Positions 58,711 through 64,000 of a stretch of DNA of 64,000 nucleotides are shown piece by piece. The stretch is from positions 2,336,001 through 2,400,000 of the forward strand of contig CAXXYH010000004.1 in the NCBI GenBank assembly GCA_963677925.2, read 5' to 3'. Each line of letters begins with the position of its first letter. The first letter of the stretch is position 1. The position numbers were made by a program, and so were the translations under genes. This stretch comes from Spirochaetia bacterium. Its GTDB lineage: Bacteria > Spirochaetota > Spirochaetia > UBA9216. The notes under the pieces are model-generated. The model worked only from the letters and a program-made list of their open reading frames with translations. It had not been told where the DNA came from and did no database searches.

Positions 58711-60798
58711 TTATGTTTTAAATAATTCAGCATCTTTATTTATATTTCCAACACGCTCTGCATTGTCTTTTATAAGCATCTCTTCTTCCGAGACCGCCTT
58801 ATTTATCTCGTTAACACCCATTGTGATTTCATCAATGGCATGGCTTGTTGTTTTGCTGATATCCTGGAGGTGAGTAACAGATTCTATGATCTGTTCATTG
58901 CCAATCTTCATCTCTTTTGACCCAGAGTTGACTTCAGCTGAAATTTCCTGCATGCGGTTGAGGCCTTCAAGAACCTGATTGCTTCCGATGCTTAATTCCT
59001 GTACGGCGTTCTGAATATTGCTGAATATATTGCTGACCTTAATAACAGCGGTATTCATAGCATCGAAATCTTTTGTATTTTGCGAAGCTGATACGGTAAG
59101 TTCATCTATTGCCTTTTTGATACTTGTCAAATTTGAACTTACAACTTTGGATTGGCTGTCAGACTGTTCTGCAAGTTTTCTTATTTCTTCAGCTACAACG
59201 GAGAATCCCTTTCCTGCATCACCGGCATGAGCGGCTTCAATCGCAGCATTCATTGAAAGTAAATTTGTCTGACTGGACAGATTTGATATTAATTCATTTG
59301 CCTGCATTAGTTCATTGGACTCTTCAACAATCTTATGAATTACTTCCTGAACAATTTCCATGGTTTCCTGTCCCTTGGAGGATGCATATGTCATTTGCTT
59401 AACATTTTCGTTTCCGGTTTCAATAACCCCGGCAATGGAGTCTATTCCTGTAGTCATTTCTTCAATAGCGGACGAGGACTGAGTAATACTCGAGCTCTGC
59501 TCTATAATACTGTTGTTAAGATTGTTTATATTTTCAGTGAGCTGAGCAACAGAATGCACTGTCTGGCTTGTGATAGATGCCTGTTCATGCATCTGTTTAT
59601 TGATGCTTTGAAGATTACTGCTTATCTGATTAATAGATGCCGCAGTTTCCGTAATATTATGACTCATCTCTTCACTTGATGTATCAATATCACTTATCTG
59701 AGTTTTGAGTTTTCCCAGAAAGACTGAAAAATTTTCAAACATTGTATTCATGCTACGGTAAATGGAATCTAACTCATCCTTTCCCTTGGGCTTCACTCTG
59801 AGTCGTATATCTCCTGTTGAAGCAGTGAGCAGATGTTTTTCCAGTTCTGATACTCTTTTCGTAATGATATTCCTAATCATAATTGAAAGAAGGATAATCA
59901 GGATAACCATACTTGATGTGCTTATAATTGATATTATCATCTGAAGATACTGTGATGTATCCAGAAGATCGCTCTCGGAAATATTGGCAGCAATAAACCA
60001 TCCGCTTTCACCTGACTGATGAAAAGCCAGATATCTGTTAATTCCGTTTATCTGGTATCCAAAGAATCCTCTATCTTTCTTCTCATTCAGGATTGTTATT
60101 ATTGGTCCTGGCCTGCCGGAGTGATCAACTAACAGCTCATTTTTATCACCATAGGCCAGTACAATACCCTTTGATGTAAACATATACGGCTGTCCCATCT
60201 TTCCTAAATCTCTTTCCCATAAAACATGGGTGAGCAATTTTGTAAAATTCAACCTAATAATATAATATCCCAGCGTTTCTCCATTTTGTATTAAGGGTTT
60301 TCCAACTGTCGAAATAATATCACCGTTTTCAGAAGAAAGTGAGAAGGTTTCATCGAGATCGAAAGTACCAGAATTGGAAGACAGAGTCTTAAATATTTTT
60401 TCTTCACTTAAATCTTTTCCAATTGCAGCATTTGCAGTACTGGTTAATACGAGACCTTTGGTATCAATCAGAAGCATCTCATCACAAAATTCATGTGTTT
60501 TTTTTTCTTCATCTATATATTTTTTAACGGAGATAAAATCCTGATTAATAGTATAGCTGTAAAGTATATGACTGTCTGCTATCGCTTCAAGCTGCGCAAA
60601 CTGATAATCGATATGAATGTCTGTAATTAGTGATAAATCTTCAATCTGTTTTTCAAGCTGAGCTTTGCGGGTATCAAAAATCCGTTGATAAACAGTTCTT
60701 GAACTTATAAGTATTAAAACGGTAAAGCAGGTGATTAATAGTAGTGAAACTGAAATTATCAGTTTCAGGCCGATTCGGCTGCGAATTCTAAAATGCAT
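58711..60798 (-). CDS. Methyl-accepting chemotaxis protein (Cache + HAMP)
   Basis: [35 protein letters not shown]; two TM helices. Start at ATG 60798, downstream of the sigma54 site. Confidence 0.95.
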   Translation of the reverse strand: MHFRIRSRIGLKLIISVSLLLITCFTVLILISSRTVYQRIFDTRKAQLEKQIEDLSLITDIHIDYQFAQLEAIADSHILYSYTINQDFISVKKYIDEEKKTHEFCDEMLLIDTKGLVLTSTANAAIGKDLSEEKIFKTLSSNSGTFDLDETFSLSSENGDIISTVGKPLIQNGETLGYYIIRLNFTKLLTHVLWERDLGKMGQPYMFTSKGIVLAYGDKNELLVDHSGRPGPIITILNEKKDRGFFGYQINGINRYLAFHQSGESGWFIAANISESDLLDTSQYLQMIISIISTSSMVILIILLSIMIRNIITKRVSELEKHLLTASTGDIRLRVKPKGKDELDSIYRSMNTMFENFSVFLGKLKTQISDIDTSSEEMSHNITETAASINQISSNLQSINKQMHEQASITSQTVHSVAQLTENINNLNNSIIEQSSSITQSSSAIEEMTTGIDSIAGVIETGNENVKQMTYASSKGQETMEIVQEVIHKIVEESNELMQANELISNLSSQTNLLSMNAAIEAAHAGDAGKGFSVVAEEIRKLAEQSDSQSKVVSSNLTSIKKAIDELTVSASQNTKDFDAMNTAVIKVSNIFSNIQNAVQELSIGSNQVLEGLNRMQEISAEVNSGSKEMKIGNEQIIESVTHLQDISKTTSHAIDEITMGVNEINKAVSEEEMLIKDNAERVGNINKDAELFKT

Positions 60799-60834
60799 AT
60801 GTATTTTTTCCCTTATGTAAGTAGTAAAATGACT

Positions 60835-60850
60835 TGCAATAATTGTGCCA
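60835..60850 (-). promoter_or_regulatory. sigma54 promoter of the MCP gene
   Basis: Consensus-matching TGGCAC-AATTA-TTGCA on the minus strand. Confidence 0.85.
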
Positions 60851-61096
60851 TTCATCTGATAATAATGTTCTTTTATTTTTACTTATAAATGTTTGGTATA
60901 TAACAAGTTATCTGAGAGCTTAAGGATATGAATTCCATTCAGGAGAATAAATAATTTTTGAACTGAATGACTGCATACAAAAAGATACAAAATGAAACAT
61001 AAGGAAACATCTGCAGAAACAGGGATGGGTGTTTCTTATAAAAGCCTACTGGAAACTTCCCCGAAAATTAATTATTTTTAATCAAAGGTAGGCAGC

Positions 61097-62200
61097 ATGA
61101 TAGATACAGGCACCAGATTAGGCATACTCATCAGTTTTTTTATTGCCTCAGGCGGTATGTATTTTGTTCTTTACTCGATTATCCAGCTTATTTCTATCAG
61201 AAAAAGAAAGCAGATTCACTATCTACACTTTGGATTTTTCTTTCTTCTCGGCCTATGTATACTCCTGGATTCTTATTATAGAAAAGGCACCGAGTATTTT
61301 GCACCCGGTCTGCTTTTAATAAATTTTCCTTTGGATTTTTTATTGGGTCCGATATTGATTTTCTATTTTAACAGCTTTTTTGATACTCATTTCAGGCTGA
61401 AAAAAGTACATCTGTTAACCGTTCTTCCTGCGTTTATATGTTTTGCCGCTTTTATTCCTTATTATATTCTTCCCGCTGAACAAAAGCTTGCAATGTTTCC
61501 ACTGGAAACGCTTCCATCGGGATATTTTATGATAATTGGAAAGGTCTTTAACTATACAATGTTCCCCTGGACAGCTGTATGTCTGATAGTAATATTCAAA
61601 TCCAATCTGAAATATTTTGAAAAGAGTAAAAAGCATATACGGCTGACGCTGATATTTTTAATAACAGTAATTCTTTTAGCAGCTTTTATGAGTTACAGTG
61701 ATACTCTGAACGATTTAAAACCATATAAGGTCGGTATGACTGTTCTTGTTTTCTCTTTAATATGTTTTTCACTTATGACATCAAGGTTCGCTGATTTCTT
61801 TTTGAGAATCCGAAATGAAGCCAGTGCTGTCCGTTATGCACAGTCCAAGGTTTCATCGCTTAATGTAGATTTTATAATTTCCCGAATTGATGATCTTATG
61901 GAATTTGAGCATCTTTACACAGATCCTGAATTGAATCTTAGAAGCCTGAGTGCCAGGCTAGAGCTGCGGCCAGGACAGCTTTCCGAAATTATCAATTCCA
62001 GATATTCAAAGAATTTTAACAGCTATATAAATGATTTAAGAATAGAGTCTGCCAAGTCAAAAATCAGGTATGAGAAGGAGCATAGCATTCTTTCTGTCGC
62101 AATGTCCTGCGGGTTTAATTCAAAATCTAATTTCAATCGTGTTTTCAGCGAAAAAGTAGGTATGTCTCCCTCTGAATACCGGAAGACTATTAATAATTGA
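61097..62200 (+). CDS. Membrane-anchored AraC-family regulator
   Basis: About 7 TM segments followed by LYTDPELNL...NFNSYINDLRI...CGFNSKSNFNRVF. Confidence 0.9.
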   Translation: MIDTGTRLGILISFFIASGGMYFVLYSIIQLISIRKRKQIHYLHFGFFFLLGLCILLDSYYRKGTEYFAPGLLLINFPLDFLLGPILIFYFNSFFDTHFRLKKVHLLTVLPAFICFAAFIPYYILPAEQKLAMFPLETLPSGYFMIIGKVFNYTMFPWTAVCLIVIFKSNLKYFEKSKKHIRLTLIFLITVILLAAFMSYSDTLNDLKPYKVGMTVLVFSLICFSLMTSRFADFFLRIRNEASAVRYAQSKVSSLNVDFIISRIDDLMEFEHLYTDPELNLRSLSARLELRPGQLSEIINSRYSKNFNSYINDLRIESAKSKIRYEKEHSILSVAMSCGFNSKSNFNRVFSEKVGMSPSEYRKTINN

Positions 62201-62326
62201 TGGATTATTAATCAGAAACGGTGTGAGCCTGACACATTGGAGCCTTAATGATTACTCTCCTGCTGTATTTATAGATAGCAATAAATGTATTATATAGTTT
62301 GTGTTTCTAAGCTATAATCTTTGGCA

Positions 62327-63451
62327 ATGGACAGAAATATACTTGTAGATACAGGCCTTATTCTTGGTATTTGTCTTTGCCTCATCATAACTGTCAGTCA
62401 GCTTCTTCTGAAAAGGAAGGATCAGAAGAATTATCTTATTGCCCTGAATACTTTCCTTATTGCGGTATACCAGTTCTCTAGTGCATTCTACCTGTTTTCA
62501 GGTATAGAGAAATGGTATGCTGTATATCCCTATGTTTATACGATAGGGAGGTTTGTCTTATTTGCTGCAGCTCCGGTATACTACTTTTTTTTCAAATCAC
62601 TTCCAAAAAAAGAATATATTTTCCGTCCTTTGCATCTCCTTCACATCGTAATACCGGTTGCGGTCTCTTTAATTCTGATAATATATGCAGAATATCCTGT
62701 AGATTCCGGTGGGAATTTTCGAGAATATAAGGATTTTCTGTATGCGAATGTCGGAATCTTCCGGCCTCTCAGTATATTTTCATCATTTTACGGAATTGTT
62801 TATTTTTTTATAATACTCGTTTATTACATACACCTGTTTCGAAGATCAAAGGAAGAGAGGCAGAAAAATCTTTCAACTGTAATAATTTTTTCACTGATTA
62901 CCATTGCTCCGCTTTTCCCTTATATCGTCTTCGGCAACAGAATTGCCTGGTTCTATGATCTTTTCCAGCTACGCTTTGCAATACTTTCCGTATATCTTCT
63001 GCTGATAAGCCAGCGTTATCCGTTTCTGCTCAATATAATAAAGCTTGAGGCCTACCGGGATTATTATCTAAAATCCAATATTGAAGATGCTGAGGCCGAC
63101 AGGGTTTATTCAGCTCTTGAGCAGCTGATGAATGAAGAAAAACTATTTGTTAATAATGACCTGTTTCTAAAAAATGCAGCACAAAAGCTTAAAGTGTCGA
63201 ACTTACAGTTATCTGAGGTTTTAAATATCCATCAGGGTAAGACATTTTCCCAGTATATTAAAGAAAAAAGAATAAACTATTCGCTGGAACTTCTGGAAAG
63301 CAAGCCATCAATGACAGTCCTTGATATTGCGCTTGAGTGCGGATTTAACTCCAAATCCAGTTATTATGCAGCTTTTCAAAAGATGATTGGCGAAACTCCT
63401 CTTCAGTATCGAAAAAAAAGGTCCAGAAATATATATCTGGACGATCATTGA
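62327..63451 (+). CDS. Membrane-anchored AraC-family regulator (second copy)
   Basis: About 7 TM segments followed by IALECGFNSKSSYYAAF. Confidence 0.9.
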   Translation: MDRNILVDTGLILGICLCLIITVSQLLLKRKDQKNYLIALNTFLIAVYQFSSAFYLFSGIEKWYAVYPYVYTIGRFVLFAAAPVYYFFFKSLPKKEYIFRPLHLLHIVIPVAVSLILIIYAEYPVDSGGNFREYKDFLYANVGIFRPLSIFSSFYGIVYFFIILVYYIHLFRRSKEERQKNLSTVIIFSLITIAPLFPYIVFGNRIAWFYDLFQLRFAILSVYLLLISQRYPFLLNIIKLEAYRDYYLKSNIEDAEADRVYSALEQLMNEEKLFVNNDLFLKNAAQKLKVSNLQLSEVLNIHQGKTFSQYIKEKRINYSLELLESKPSMTVLDIALECGFNSKSSYYAAFQKMIGETPLQYRKKRSRNIYLDDH

Positions 63452-63503
63452 ACAGATAAACGTTAACCTCCTTCTATTAATACTATCGAAGGAGAACCCG
63501 AAT

Positions 63504-64000
63504 ATGAAAAAACATCTACTAGTGTCCATTGTATTTTCTTTTTGTCTGTTGGCAAACGGATATGCTGAATTGGTCGATCTTGGAGAATCGAACCAGAGTA
63601 AAGCTTCTGAAGGCCTGACTAAAAATGCATATGATTATCTTGTGAATCCAGCAGACTTTAATAAAATGGAATCAAGCACAATTTTCTTTTCGCTTGATTC
63701 GGACGGAACACAGTTCGGAACAGAAGAAATCGGAACGGGACTGAGAGGCGGTTATGCATGGATAACCGATGAACTTTCACTATTTTTTCTGTTGAATTTA
63801 TTTTACTGACCTTTCTCTAACAGATGAAAATGACGAAGATACCCAGACGATTACTTACACAGATTATCAAAGTGCTGCAGGTATTTATAATGAACTTGTT
63901 ACTGCAACTGATTTTTATATTGAAAACTTTAACTACCAGAAACTGCTTGCCAGTGTGGGTGTTGATTTTGGTATGCCGATTTCGTTTGATGTAAAAGGAC
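63504..64000 (+). CDS. Exported/outer-membrane protein, apparent +1 frameshift near 63796-63806, runs off the window
   Basis: AAGGAG RBS and signal peptide MKKHLLVSIVFSFCLLANGYA. Stop at 63807, but the +1 frame (FTDLSLTDENDED...) stays open to 64000. Confidence 0.6.

Noticed and set aside
1-64000. CRISPR arrays, IS/transposases, prophage, tRNA/rRNA and defence systems
   Set aside because: No repeat-spacer arrays, transposase, integrase or phage motifs, or tRNA/rRNA signatures were seen by eye.

Overview
Chromosomal window of a free-living, anaerobic-type spirochaete (Spirochaetales), judged from p83/100, a PlzA-type PilZ protein, a stand-alone groES and FlaB-type flagellins. From left to right it holds: flgK-flgL-fliW-csrA; a long minus-strand block infC-rpmI-rplT-zapB-zapA-6S RNA-plzA-TPR, then flaB-flaB-flaG-fliD-hypothetical-PilZ-hypothetical-tsaE-tsaB-HD-GYP; lysC with a lysine riboswitch and a one-base frameshift; a JAB-DinG helicase; groES; a sigma54-preceded short sigma70-family factor; ppdK; add; p83/100; PBP1A; an M23 peptidase; a Crp-like pair; queH; an hfsABC-hydCBA sensory plus bifurcating [FeFe]-hydrogenase operon; Fe-ADH; ABC-F; an NDH-2/membrane-domain fusion with a polyprenyl synthase; ispH; a sigma54-preceded MCP; two membrane-anchored AraC regulators; and a frameshifted exported protein. 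No mobile elements or CRISPR arrays were seen. The most interesting unannotated signals are a candidate sigma28-driven sRNA with an anti-SD loop (36448-36540), three D[AT]VSAAS flavinylation-like repeats in the Ndh2 loop, a structured RNA between the flagellin genes, pervasive leaderless promoter architecture, and a sigma54 promoter with enhancer sites on the sigma factor. All calls come from reading the sequence by eye; no database searches were run.
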